This document shows positions 24,436-37,014 of a DNA stretch of 63,861 nucleotides, in pieces. The position numbers and the translations under genes were made by a program. Numbering within the stretch: the first letter of the stretch is position 1; each line of letters opens with the position of its first letter. The notes below the pieces were generated by a model, which saw only the letters and a program-made list of their open reading frames with translations, did not search any database and had not been told where the DNA came from. The stretch comes from Podarcis vaucheri (taxonomy: Eukaryota), in the NCBI GenBank assembly GCA_965113315.1, contig OZ220367.1; one strand, written 5' to 3'.

Positions 24436-25874
24436 TTAATCCCCCCCCCCCCGAGGCAAGTGTGTATTATGCATAGACATGTTAAACTTCTGTGTACCAA
24501 GAAAAGCAGCACATTATTTACCTTGATTTATACTTGTGTAGGAACATTATGAAGGATTTCCCTGCAAGCCATGGATAATGATAGCCAGCCATCCTCTGTT
24601 TTCTGAGATTTACAGGGCAATCCTATGCTTGTCTAGCCAGACCTAAGCCACATTGAGTTGAGTGGAATTTGCTTCCAGGTAAGTGTGCCTAGGACCACAG
24701 CCTTATGCCTGCAATTCGAGCATTATTTTGTCATCATAAGGACTGGAAATGTGGTTTCAAGAAAGAAGAAAGCTAGGATTCTGAAAAGCTGAACGGTGTT
24801 GCCCAGTATTACATTCTGTACTTTCCCTCTGCTCCTGCAGAACGGTTGTATGCATTTGCAAAGCCCAGCCTGCTGGGGAAATCCGCAACCTAAACCGTGT
24901 TTCTAAACATGATTCACTCTAGTGGGAGCTGGAAGATGGCATCAAAACACCACCCACATCCAGACAGATGGAGCTTTGTGAACACTGACAGTTTTAATTT
25001 TAGGATTTCCTTTCACATAATAATAGAAATTGGGCTCTTGAAATGCTAACAATGAGCCTCCCTTTCAGACGCTGGAGCGGCAGATTCCTCTTATTGTTCT
25101 CTCAGACAGAATACCGACCATTGGAGGAGAGCAGCAGGTGTCACTAGACTCCATCTTTTGCCAGCCATTATCACTGAGAAAGGGAATTGCCTCTCTCCAG
25201 TCAGTATTTCCTGAGAGACAATGCAGCGACTGTGCACTCAGAAATTTCACCAAAGGAGGAATCTTCCTGTTAACTTCAGTTTCACTAGGAATATGCATAA
25301 CCAACCTGATGAATTCACGTGTCTTATTGAGGCTATTTTTTCTTTCCTGAATTCTTTAGAGCTTTTAATATATTTCACTCTAAGTATGCACTTTTTTAGG
25401 GAGGGAGATAGGCGGCCTGAAGAGAGCCAAACTGACTTTGCATTATAACCTTTTAGGGGTTAACTTTTTTTAGGGGTTAACATGAAGCTTTGCCCTTCTT
25501 TCATTAACTTCAAAAATGTATCTTTTAGGGTTAGATTTTGGTAACAATATATTTAAATTTAATCAACCTCAAATCTTGCTTGCTTACCCAGGACCAAATC
25601 ATACAAGTGTACAGTATTTTTGTATTTTTTATTTTTAAAAAAAAAAACAAAACCTAGTGCATCACTCAAAATCTAATTAAAACAAACTAATCCACTGTAA
25701 GATCCAGAATCTGTTACAACAAAATAATATTATAAAATAATATTACCATATTATAAACAAACAAACAACACTATAACACTCACTACAAAAAAACCAGTTC
25801 TACTAATTTGCAATTCAGTGTAATCAATAAGTATATTAGTTTTGAAAACCAGTTCAATAACCAGTTAAACATAA

Positions 25875-26073
25875 TAATTTCCTAACATCCCTACAACAGA
25901 TACATAGGAATACATTGTCAGAGTCAACTGCATTGGATGTCTAATGCAGTTTGAAAAGGTGTTCATTAACCAATTAAACATATTTAATTTCCTAACATCC
26001 TACAACAGACAGGGATCTAGATGTACAGATCCATAGGAATACACTGTCAGAGTCAAGTACATTGGATTTCTAA
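25875..26073. repeat. Imperfect local duplication (~110-bp period)
   Basis: TAATTTCCTAACATCC(C)TACAACAGA...CATAGGAATACA(T/C)TGTCAGAGTCAA...CATTGGAT occurs twice. Confidence 0.85.
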
Positions 26074-26593
26074 ATAATCTTCTCCATGATGCACGGAAAG
26101 GATATTTTTAAAAATAAAATATAGATTCTGTTTATTGAAAGCCACTGTGTTTGAGGCGAGGGATGTGATGCCTTATGAAAGGCATGAAGGCGAAATTGAA
26201 CAGGAGTGTCTGGACAAAGGAGACCCAAGTGCTGAGGAATTCTATAGCAGAAGTGAACTTTAACCCTCGAGTCAATCATGAAAGCAAATGGCTCGATGTA
26301 AAGATCCAGCAACTACAATACCATGAAAGGCAGAGCACTACCTTCTTTCACTTCTCACCTATGCCCTTTGTTGCCTCCACAATTTATTTATTTTTTTTTA
26401 AAAAGAAAATCTATGAATGGTGAATGCCCATCCTTATCTGTGTTCTCTTTCAGAACCGAGAGAAGTTTCTTCACATGCCGAGTTATGGGAAGAGATTCTG
26501 TACTTGCATTTGAGAGATCTGGCTCCAAACTTTTGTTCAGTATTGGCCCCAAGTCAAGAACATAAGAACAGCCCTCGTGGGAAAGTTAAGAAT

Positions 26594-27017
26594 CAGGGCC
26601 GGATTTAGGTTTGATGAGGCCCTAAGCTATGTAAGGTAATGGGGCCCTTTATTTGTCCAGCTGTCCTTTGTCAACAAGAAATTGTCACTGTTTTTTGTGT
26701 TGAATATATGCTAGATGGTAATTTATGGACCTAATAGGTATCTAAGGCAATTTGCACATAACAAAATATGTATTTTATCAAAGTAATTGTTGAACTGAAA
26801 TACAATTAAGAAGTATATTAATAGTGAAATAATTATGAAGCTCTAATTTAAAATGATTTTTTATTCATAACAAACTTAATAATGCAAACACTTTGGCATT
26901 TGGCAATAACTAAAGTTCCTGTAGAAACACAATTTACAAAAACTCATATGGGGGGGGGGGCAAGAGAGTGGGGCCCTAAGCTATAGCTTCTTTAGCTTAT
27001 TCGTAAATCCGGCACGG
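26594..27017. mobile_element. hAT-type MITE (~425 bp)
   Basis: CAGGGCCGGATTTA...TAAATCCGGCACGG; perfect 8-bp TSD TTAAGAAT (26586-26593 and 27018-27025). Confidence 0.9.
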
Positions 27018-27026
27018 TTAAGAATA

Positions 27027-27268
27027 CAGTGGTACCTCGGGCTAAGTACTTAATTTGTTCCGGAGGTCCGTACTTAACCTGAAACTGTTCTTAACCTGAA
27101 GCACCACTTTAGCTAATGGGGCCTCCTGCTGCTGCTGTGCCGCTGGAGCATGATTTCTGTTCTCATCCTGAAGCAAAGTTCTTAACCTGAAGCACTATTT
27201 CTGGGTTAGCGGAGTCTGTAACCTGAAGCGTATGTAACCTGAAGCGTATGTAACCCGAGGAACCACTG
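27027..27268 (+). mobile_element. Tigger-like MITE, family A
   Basis: TIRs and TA on both sides. Confidence 0.93.
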
Positions 27269-27269
27269 T

Positions 27270-27880
27270 AGTAGGAAAGCATATGTTGGATAAGTATTAT
27301 CCTAACTTCACTCACACTAGTGAAGTGATATAGCAGAGCATATTGCCCTCAATATAGCTGGAAGCTGGTTGGCAGATTCGTTTGAATCTCTTAGTTAAGT
27401 TTATTTCCTGGTGTCCCCTTTAATCCCTCTTAAAAGTATAAAGACACGAGAGTAAAGTTACAAAAAGTTTACTCACATTTCAGTTCACGATTAGATTCCT
27501 GAAAGGCAGACTTTACTTTACTTTTCAATTACACAATAAACTGTGAGTTCATCTCATGTGGACTCATGTGCTGCTGACTGCGGGAGAGCAGCATGGCAGC
27601 AAAGGAGAACGAGATAAGACAAGACAAAACCACAAGACAAAACAGAAAGAAAAAAATGGCTGCATGACTCTGCTCTTTTATGGAGTCAGCCACAGTCACG
27701 CCCATGTCCCAGATCACGTGCAGGGGGAGGAAGCTCCAGACCAGTGGAACAGGAAGTTACACTGACTGGATGTCCCCCTGCCTGTGCCCGCTCTAGGGAA
27801 ATAAGGAATGTTTCATTTGACTGTACCAAGCCTTGACGGATCAAACCAAAGGCCTATCTAGCCCAACTTCCTTTTCCACT
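27270..27880 (-). mobile_element. Possible solo LTR
   Basis: LTR-like composition in reverse (AAAGTTTACTCAC, CTCTTTTAT TATA-like, CACGCCC, CACGTG, AGGAAGT motifs); termini and TSD unresolved. Confidence 0.35.
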
Positions 27881-28519
27881 GCCCCCAGTGTGGGGTGTAG
27901 CCTGGGAAAAGAAGACATGGCTTGCGAGGGGATATGGCCTGGGTAGAGTCCCCATGGCCATATTAGAAAGGCTGGGAGGCTCACCAGGTTCCCAACCCCT
28001 ACAGAAAAAATCAAAACACCAGGCATCTGTGTAGAGTGTTGGGATCTCCACTCGGCCAAGCTGATAAAGCTCATTTTCTTCCCCCAAGTCCTTTGGAATC
28101 ACCTCCCGACGTGTTTAATGACCTGAGCCTTTGATAAGGCCTCAGGCACATTCTTCAGCAGAGTTTCCAGCACAGGAAAGAGACGAGAGGTTTGGGCTAC
28201 ACTGCAAAGAGCAAAGCAGAGAGCAACTGAAACAAAGGAACAAAGGAACAAAGGAAACAGGAAACCACTAACGTCACATCCGTCTCCTCTCCTGTGAGAC
28301 TTCCAACAGCCTGGAAGGTCTCTGGAATGTAAACAGAGTCCTGTGACTCCACGCAGCTGCTCAGTGGCAAAACAGATCCACAACACAGCAGCAGTTCTGG
28401 ATGAACAATCCAGGCTTTCCTCAGCATTCCCAGAACATGACTTGCTCTGCCCAACCTAAAGAGGAATGGAAGATTTAGAAGAGAGGAAAGAAAGCACTTC
28501 TTGCTCCTCCAGGAGGTAG

Positions 28520-28782
28520 TAGTGACCACCACCTTGGATAACTATAAAAGACGATTGGACAAAATCATGGTGGATATGTCTATCAATGGCTACTAGCCAG
28601 GGTGCCTCCACCACCACAGTTGGAGGCAGCAGTACTTCCCAGTGCTGGAAACAAGTGCTCTTGTGCTAATGTTCTGCTCTCTAGTTCCCTACAGGCATTT
28701 GGTTGGCCACTGAGAGAACAGGATGCCGGACTTGATTCTGGACTAGATGGGCTGATCCAGCAGACTATTCTTATGTTCTTAT
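28520..28782 (+). mobile_element. CR1 LINE 3' end remnant
   Basis: GATTGGACAAAATCATGG...GAGAACAGGATGCCGGACT...TTCTTATGTTCTTAT tail; related pieces at ~42857-43054, 52890-53477 and 60451-60575(-). Confidence 0.7.
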
Positions 28783-29021
28783 ATGTGGTGCACCTGCCAA
28801 GTGGAGCTGAGCTATTTACCTTGAACCAGCTATTTGACCAGCTATTTCCTGGTCATCAGTTTCCCAGAGGAACTTGGAAGCAGAATGCTGGAGTGGAGGA
28901 ACCTTTCGTCTAAACCAGAACAACAACTTTGGTGTGGTTCTATGGTCTCTGTCTGCAAGTGTATCTGCATATGTGTATGTATGTATTTGGAGGTGTGTGT
29001 ATTCCACTCTATTCTCTTGAT

Positions 29022-29161
29022 CAGGCATAGGCAAACTCAGCCCTCCAGATGTTTTGGGACTACAACTCCCATGATCCCTACCTAGCTAACAGCACCTGTG
29101 GGCAGGGATGATGGGAATTGTAGTCCCAAAACATCTGGAGGGCCTAGTTTGCCTATGCCTG
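29022..29161. mobile_element. Palindromic hAT-type MITE
   Basis: CAGGCATAGGCAAACT...AGTTTGCCTATGCCTG; TSD CTCTTGAT/TACTTGAT (6/8). Confidence 0.88.
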
Positions 29162-30204
29162 TACTTGATAGTAATTTGTTTTAACTGATTTTAATGTTGT
29201 ATTTTTAAATTCTTGTAACTCGGTAGGCTGAAGGGCAGGTAAGAAATCTAAATGACAACAACTATGGCGATGACAATGGCTAAAGGTTGCCAAGCAAGCA
29301 CTTACTATTTTACTGGATACTTTACAACCATTGGGACCCTTGGCTATAGTAGAGCTTGCCTGTTGGTGACCCCTGCCTTTTCCTTCCCCTTTCCTCCCCC
29401 ATATTTAACTGTAACAACACTAATAGGGCCCTGAGTGCTGCTGCTTCCTCTGTGTCCAAAGATGGCTCTGTGCCAGTGGCCACTGTGGCTTCACACCCAG
29501 ATGCCAGCAAAACAGCACTTGCTAAAGAGCCCTTACCGGTGCTGCAATAATAAGAGCACTGATTTATAGCACCGGGCTCTAAATCAGTCCTTCAGCTCTG
29601 AATCTGAATGTCAGTAGTGTGCTGCATACATATCTCCTCTTCCATGTCCTGCCCTGCCATATGACAGTAATCTGATCAGATTGTCCTCTTCCGTATTCCT
29701 CCACGATCCCTCTTTGCCTTGGTCAGATAGCCACTGGGTTTGATGGGCATATTTCTGTCTGATCGGCTCTCTCTGCGTCTGTTTGTTTGTGTGAGTGTGT
29801 TTGTGAATGTCTCCCCAGAGTCAGACAGACAAGGGACGGCCAAATCACACAGGCAACCCTGCCTTTATTCTCACTTACTCAGTGCTTTGGGCATGAGCTT
29901 CTTATCTCATACATCATTATTCCTGGCCTGCCGCAGTGATTCCACAAAGTCAACTCAGGGCCTTAATACAAAGAGAAGTGGAAGCAAAATAGATGTTGTT
30001 GTTACTGCTGTTTTCATGGCTTGGCACTTTTGCCGGCTTGAATTTTTTAGTACGGCTGTAATGTCAGCTGCCTTCCTTTGAAAACAGATTTCGATTTGCC
30101 CAGTCCCCAAGAGAAAGGAAATTATTTAAGCTGCAATCCTACACATACTTTAGCTCAGAATAACTCCCACCGAATTTAGTGCAACTTAATTCTGATAGAT
30201 AGGG

Positions 30205-30614
30205 GCACAGGGAGACTGCTTCATACCAAATCAGACCATTGCTCCATCTTGCTCTGCACTCATGGGCAGTTGCTCTCCAGAGTTTCAGGCAAGAGATTCT
30301 CCTAGCCCTGCCTGGAGATGATGAGTAATGAACACGAGACCTTCTGCCTGTAGAGAAGATGCTCTACCACTATGTTACTGTTTAGCCCATAAAAAGGAAA
30401 GGTAGGAGGTCCCAGGACAGGGTACACAGGAGACTGCCTTCTACTGAGTCAAACCACTGATCCATCTAGTTAAGTGTTGTCTATACTGACTAGCAATGGC
30501 TATGCAGGGTATCAGGCCGGTGCCTCTCCTGTACTTAGGAAGAGATGCTGGGGATGTAACCTGGGAGCTTCTGCAGACAATGCAGATGATCAGCCAATGG
30601 GCTACGGCCCTTCC
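30205..30614 (-). mobile_element. Two adjacent old tRNA-derived SINEs with CR1-like tail (Squam2-like; ~30205-30380 and ~30425-30614)
   Basis: Each has GACTGC.T...TACTGAGTCAGACCA-like tail and a reverse tRNA head; + strand relatives at ~38477-38620 and ~50505-50660. Confidence 0.7.
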
Positions 30615-30915
30615 CAATATGATACATGTATGATTGCACTGTTAAAATTCCATACTCTCATTTTCACCACCTGAGATCTTTATTAGAATGTTATTCATTG
30701 TGCTTCAAAGAGATAACCCGGTGTGAAAATTGCTGAATTACAATTTATCAGGAAATTCAATTTGGTCATCTGTTGTTGGCTACGTTCCTACACTGACAGG
30801 GAATGAGAACTCTGGCATAGAGAGAGAGCAGATAAGAATGGAATGCAGAGGGGAGGGAGAAGTGGCAAGGAGCAGCTGTAACTTGATCTCTGGGCACAGG
30901 GATAACGGAAGGCAG

Positions 30916-31264
30916 TAAAGGTAAAGGTACCCCTGCCCATACGGGCCAGTCGTGTCCGACTCTAGGGTTGTGCGCCCATCTCACTTAAGAGGCCGGGGGC
31001 CAGCGCTGTCCGGAGACACTTCCGGGTCACGTGGCCAGTGTGACGAAGCTGCTCTGGCGAGCCAGCACCAGTGCAGCACACGGAAATGCCGTTTACCTTC
31101 CCGCTATAAAGCGGTACCTATTTATCTACTTGCACTTAGGGGTGCTTTCGAACTGCTAGGTGGGCAGGAGCTGGGACTGAAAGACGGGTTCTCACCCCGC
31201 CGCAGGGATTCGAACCGCCGACCATATGATCAGCAAGTCCTAGGCACAGCGCCACCCGTGTCCC
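30916..31264 (-). mobile_element. Sauria SINE
   Basis: (AAAGGT)n...CACAGCGCCACCCGTGTCCC; TSD AAC(G/A)GAAGGCAG at 30904-30915 and 31266-31277. Confidence 0.95.
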
Positions 31265-31785
31265 CAACAGAAGGCAGAGCCAGAGTGAAAGAATGCAGCT
31301 TGTCAGCCTAGACAGTAACTCAGACCCAGGCATACCGGCAGTGCCCTCTCCAAAATCTCGTAGGACCACAAGACTTTACAAGAAGCATGGAAAGGAAAGA
31401 AAGAGGAGGTGGGGGTTTTCCTGTTGGGGGGCGGAGCTTAGTTCCGGCAACTGTGCTATCTGAGGATGATGGAGATTAGCTGAGCTCCGACCTGGTTGGT
31501 TTGTTTGAACAATAAATCTGAAATAATTGACTGCCGGAGTCGTCTCACATTTGTGGGAGAGACCCAAGCCATTACACCTGTGGTCTGAATCAATATTGCA
31601 GGTTTTTGTCCCGCTACATGTGCTAATGCCAAGACGTCTCTCTTATCACCAGCAAAATTGTGTTAATTGTCACTGTAACTCTTTTGATTCTTTGTAATTC
31701 TCACCGCCGGTTCCTTATGCAGTTCATTTCCCTCTGATTTCACTTATTTCTATTCCACCACCACCACATACATATATGCCTACCA

Positions 31786-32456
31786 ATCATAGAATCAAAG
31801 AATTGTAGAGCTGGAATGCAGGAATCTCACCTAAAGCATTCATAACAGATGGCTATCCAACCTGCAGGCTTAAAAACCTCCAAGGAAGAAGAGTCCACCA
31901 CCTCCCAAGGGAGGCCATTCCACTTTTCAAGAGCTCTTACTCTCAGAAAGTTCTTCCTGGTATTTAGTAACAATCTCCTTCCTTGTAACTTGAAGCCATT
32001 GGTTTGAGTCCTACTCTGCAGAGTAGGAGAAAACAAGCTTGCTCCATCTTTAATGTGACATCCCTTGAAATATTTGAAAATGGCTATCATATCTCCTCTT
32101 GGTCTCCTCTTTTCCGGGCTAAGCATACCTAAGTCCTTCAATTGTTCCTCATAAGGCTTGGTTTCTAGATCCTTGATTATCTTGGTTGCCCTCCTCTGCA
32201 CCCATTCCAGCTTGTCAATATCCTTCCTAATTGTGGTGCCCAGAATTGGACACAGTATTCCAGGTGTGGCCTGACCAAGGCAGAATAGAGTGGTACTATG
32301 ATTTCCCTTGATCTGAACACTATACTTCTGTTGCTGCAGCCCAGCATTAGCCTTTTTTTTTTTTTTTTGCTGGTTCATCACCCTGTTAACTCATGTTAAG
32401 CTTGTGGTCCACCAAGACCCCTGATCCTATTCACATGTATGGCTAGTAAGCAAGGT
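31786..32456 (-). mobile_element. CR1 LINE 3' fragment (ORF2 C-terminus and ATTCTATG tail)
   Basis: ORF 31827-32381: [52 protein letters not shown]; reverse tail ATCATAGAATC. Confidence 0.93.
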
Positions 32457-34523
32457 ATTATGGGATTGTGATGTGCAATCATAGGATTGTGTTTCACACA
32501 TTTGATGAAGTGAACTCTGGCTTGCAAATGCTTAGGCCATAATAAATTTGCCAGTCTTTAAAGCACCACAAGCCTCCTTGTCCTTTCTGCTGCAACAGGC
32601 TAGCACAGCTTCCCCCTCTGAAATCACTAGAAAGAAAGGGCTCATCCTGCGTTTGCTGAGCATTTGGGTCTCCTCCAGTGGAGCACTTAAATACACTTGT
32701 AGTCCCCTGTGTGGTGTCATTCACTCTAATGGGTCTGAGGATAGAACTAATAGCACCATCTGAAGAGAATTTCCCTCAGAGTCAAAGTTGATGGGATGTA
32801 TGATAGTGAAATAGAATACAGGCTGGCCGGCTTATAGCATCATTCTCATGCAGTTCTATGAGGGTAGAGAGATGGAAGACAGCCATTTCCTAAAGCTGTC
32901 AGTCCAGCCCCTTTCAAGCCATTCATTCACTTTGACCATAAGAAAGCAACTGCCACAAGGAAATCCTTTACTGCACATTGAACTCTTGAGTGATGCTTCA
33001 GAATTGCACAAAAAAACCTGCAGTCCTTCAGGATGGAAAAAATCTCCTTATATTTCTACATGTTATTCTCCCGCCTTTGTTCCAAAGCAAGGTCAAGCTA
33101 AGTAATTGAAAGCAGTGGTGTGCGGTGACTTTTTCAGCAAGGCAAGCAATGAAAAAGACACACACACCCCAATGTACATATAGGCCGCGATCCAGAACAG
33201 TGAATGCCATACACAATAGCACATCCATTCCACTCACTCCCGACAGTTTTTACTTCAGCAGCTCCCCCTCCCATTTTTTTTAACTCCTTCAAGTTTTAAA
33301 AAGTAGTAGGGACAGAATAGCAAAAGCAAAAATGGCATAAAACCTTAATAGACTGGACATAGCTAGTGAAATCATGGGGATATGATGAAATAATTTAAGG
33401 ACTCAGCTACATTAGTCAAAAAAACAGCATTTTGAATGCATTACAAACATTTCCTTAGTTTGGAAACTGTTGTTCTTTCAACATCCTTGCGAAACAGCAG
33501 CTCCTGGGATTTGTTAGGGGAAGCCATGATATTAAATGGGAATAAAACCTGTGAGGCTGGAGTGTAGCCATGCCTGTAGAAAGGGCATCACTCAGATGGC
33601 TGGGTGCAAAGGAGAGTTAGGTTCTTGTCCCTTGCATAGTTCTGTAGAAGAGGACATTTCAGCTTGCATGATAAGCTACACCTGCTGAAATTCCTTCTTC
33701 TACAAATCTGTTCAAGATGCAGGAGCCCCATCCTTGTTTACACCTGACCACCCTAGGCACTACACCAGGATAATGAAAGGATGCTATTGCTCACCCTTAA
33801 AACCAGGAAGTCTTTGTCCACGCACAATAGCCTTTGCGGTACCCAGGTCACAATGCTTTTGTGGATGTCATAAAGCGTGCTCCTGTTCCAACTGTGTCAG
33901 CGTTTTGGTTCCAGACAAAGATGGTTTTTCCTCTCTGGCATTTGGATGGCACCCACAATGTGATATTGTATTTTAAAAGCTGTGCTTAAAGTTTATACGA
34001 TTGTTATTGCACCCCCCACCTCCCGCTCTGGTTGTGAATCATTTCAAGATGGAAGTGCTGTATATATTGAATAAACCTAACCGAAACCTCCCCAGCCCCT
34101 TCATTGCAGGTAGATTCATAGGTGTGGGAGATTTGCTTTGCTACAGTTAGGGAAGCAGACATAGCTGATCATTAGAACTTGCATCCTGTGACCTGGCCAA
34201 TGAGAGAAGAGCACCTGCAGGCTATCTAAAGCCAGTAGTCTGTCCCCCTGATGCATCTTTCAGGCACCGAGGGGGCCAGATATGATTTCTTGTCCCCTCA
34301 ACCCACACTGGAAGTAAGGAAGGGTTTGAAGAATCTACAAGAAGATACTTTCTGATTCTAGCTGTTTGTCTAGTTAGCTTGATTGGTCAAAAAGCTACCC
34401 GTGTCTGTTTATTTATCACTGCCGGTGCAGTGGTGAATCCACTGTATATTTCTGCACTGCAAAAATAGGGATCATAACATGGACCAGGGAATAAGACAGC
34501 AAGATAAATGCTTCAGGTTAAAG

Positions 34524-34657
34524 CAGGGTTTACCAAACTTGGGCCTCCAGCTATTTTTGGACAACTCCCATCATCCCTAGCTAGCCCGACCAGCAGTCAG
34601 GGATGATGGGAACTGTAGTCCAAAAAGCAGCTGGACCCTCAAGTTTGGGAAACCCTG
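34524..34657. mobile_element. Palindromic hAT-type MITE
   Basis: CAGGGTTTACCAAACTT...AAGTTTGGGAAACCCTG; perfect TSD GGTTAAAG. Confidence 0.9.
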
Positions 34658-35998
34658 GGTTAAAGCAAGGAACTCAGCCAGCTGAGCAACTACCTTTATG
34701 GGGGGGGGTACTGTGGCAAGAAAATGGTGGTGTAGGAGCACCCATATCACCCAAAGTGAACAACTGATGAGCCACATTGCCATAGCTTCCATTCTCTCCA
34801 TGCATAATTCTGATATTGCTTGTGTGTCACTAACTAAGCGTACGAAGAGTCAGGAGACCAGACTTGGGTACTGGGCCTCCAGCGGCTGAAACTTGCTCTA
34901 CCCCAAGGGCTGTGGGATGCTGTGACCCTCAAGATGTTGATAGACTATAGCCCCCATTCTCCTTAACCTCTCATGGTGCTGGCAGGGCCTGGTGGCATTG
35001 GGGTCCGACAATGGAAGGTCACTGCTTTTCCAGACCATGGTGGTTATGTAACTCAGTTCCTTCTCCAGTGAGCAAGGAGGGAGGAAATAGTTTCCCCTCA
35101 TCATACAGTGAAAGCACTTCAGCTCTACAAACATAAGCTTAAGCAAAATCTGTATGTGTCAGGCATTGTATGCCGGTTTCCAAGGAAACGAGCAAATCGT
35201 GCATGGGGTAACAAAGATTCTGGGAGTGTGAGAACGGGTAGAATGAAACCTTGAGAATAGTCCCTGTTCTTATCAGTTTTCTCACTGATTAGGAATATAA
35301 ATTAAGAACCTTATAGCTTTCTAATGACTCTATAACTGGGAGCCATTTACCACCAGCCCCTGTGGCTGAAAGCTACAATCATTGTAAGGGACTGATAAAG
35401 CGCCTTCCTGTTTGGGAGCATTTCCTTTGATAAAGATGTGCAGTCAAGCACCATATTATGCATCGCGACAAGGAGCAGGGAAATATGCAGAGCATAATGC
35501 CACCATCAGCACATAATAGCAGCTCCCAGCAGGTTTTATTTCTGAAAGAGAGATTACAATAGGCCTGAGTATTTAAAGCTGCATTAGCCCTTTATAACAG
35601 GCCTAATTTTGTCAACATTCCTTGAACATCACCTCGGGAAAGAACTCCATCTGAACAGTGTGAGTGGAGGGAACAGCAAACTTTCAGAGCTGGAAGGATA
35701 TCTCAGAAGTCGTGTAGGATCAATGTAGGACGCAGAGTGCAGGATGCAACCACAACATCCACAGCATTTTGTTTGCTTTCGGCCGACACAACTTCTGATT
35801 TACTGAGCAGCCCACCAGCCTCATAGCGTGGCCTGCAAAGTGCTTGAAAACACATCCTGTTGTTCAAGACGGGACAATGAAAGCAGGTTTGTCACCAGAA
35901 ATGACTTGTGAACTGCAGCTTTCATGGTGAGTCACAGGTTGTTAGGGCTGGGGGGGGGGAAATCAGTTCAATTCACACAGTAAATAATAATAATAATA

Positions 35999-36355
35999 AA
36001 AGGTAAAGTTAAAGGGACCCCTGACCATTATGTCCAGTCGTGACCAACTCTGGGGTTGCGGCGCTCATCTCGCTTTATTGGCTGAGAGAGCCGGCGTACA
36101 GCTTCTGGGTCATGTGGCCACCATGACTAAGCCACTTCTGGCGAACCAGAGCAGCACACAGAAATGCCGTTTACCTTTCTGCCGGAGTGGTACCTATTTA
36201 TCTACTTGCACTTTGATGTGCTTTCGAATTGCTAGGTTGGCAGGAGCAGGGACCAAGCAACGGGAGCTCACCCCGTTGTGGGGATTCAAACTGCCGACCT
36301 TTAGATTGGCAAGTCCTAGGCTCTGTGGTTTAACCCATAGCGCCACCCGTGTCCC
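35999..36355 (-). mobile_element. Sauria SINE inserted into the (TAA)n tail of an L2
   Basis: AAAGGTAAAG...CGCCACCCGTGTCCC; (TAA)n on both sides. Confidence 0.95.
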
Positions 36356-36676
36356 TATAATAATAATAATAATAATTTATTATTTGTACCCTGCCCATCC
36401 GGCTGGGTTTCCCCAGCCACTCTGGGCAGCTTCCAACAAAGATTAAAAATACATTAAAATGCCACACATTAAAATCTTCCCTAAACAGGGCTGCCTTCAG
36501 ATGTTTTCTAAATGTCAGGTAGTTGTTTATCTCTTTGACATCTGATGGGAGGGCGTTCCACAGGGAGGGTGCCACTACAGAGAAGGCCCTCTGCCTGGTT
36601 CCCTGTAGCTTTGTTTCTCGCATTGGGGGAACCACCAGAAGGCCCTCCTCGGCGTTGGACCTCAGTGTCCGGGCAG
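36356..36676 (-). mobile_element. L2 LINE 3' fragment
   Basis: ORF 36330-36686: TKLQGTRQRAFSVVAPSLWNALPSDVKEINNYLTFRKHLKAALF. Confidence 0.92.
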
Positions 36677-36912
36677 AAAGTACCAAATTTGTACTTTCTA
36701 AAACAAGATCCTAATCGAAATGCAGCCATCCCTCGAAATTCACTCTTCTCCGAATTTTGCAATGCAGTTCTGCAGCCAAGGAATGTATAAAAAAATGCAT
36801 ATACTACGGGAAAGTGTGCATATAAATGCATATGCTATTGAATCTAACACAGAAATATGCCCTGATATGGGGAGAAGCCTTTGCAAAATGTGTATATTAG
36901 TCAAAACTGCAC

Positions 36913-37014
36913 ATACATACAAAAACTAAGAGAAATTCACACAAAAATGCTGATGAAATGCAGATACATACAAAAACTAAGAGAAATTCACACAAAAATG
37001 CTGATGAAATGCAG
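36913..37014. repeat. Perfect 51-bp tandem duplication inside the hAT element
   Basis: ATACATACAAAAACTAAGAGAAATTCACACAAAAATGCTGATGAAATGCAG x2. Confidence 0.95.

Noticed and set aside
26138-26263. Protein-like acidic frame KATVFEARDVMPYERHEGEIEQECLDKGDPSAEEFYSRSEL*
   Set aside because: The acceptor context is poor, I recognise no homologue, and purine-rich DNA gives E/D/K-rich peptides by chance; only tBLASTn or RNA-seq could rescue it.
31827-32381. Longest ORF (184 aa) as a host gene
   Set aside because: It is the CR1 ORF2 C-terminus in a 5'-truncated, frameshifted retrotransposon copy.
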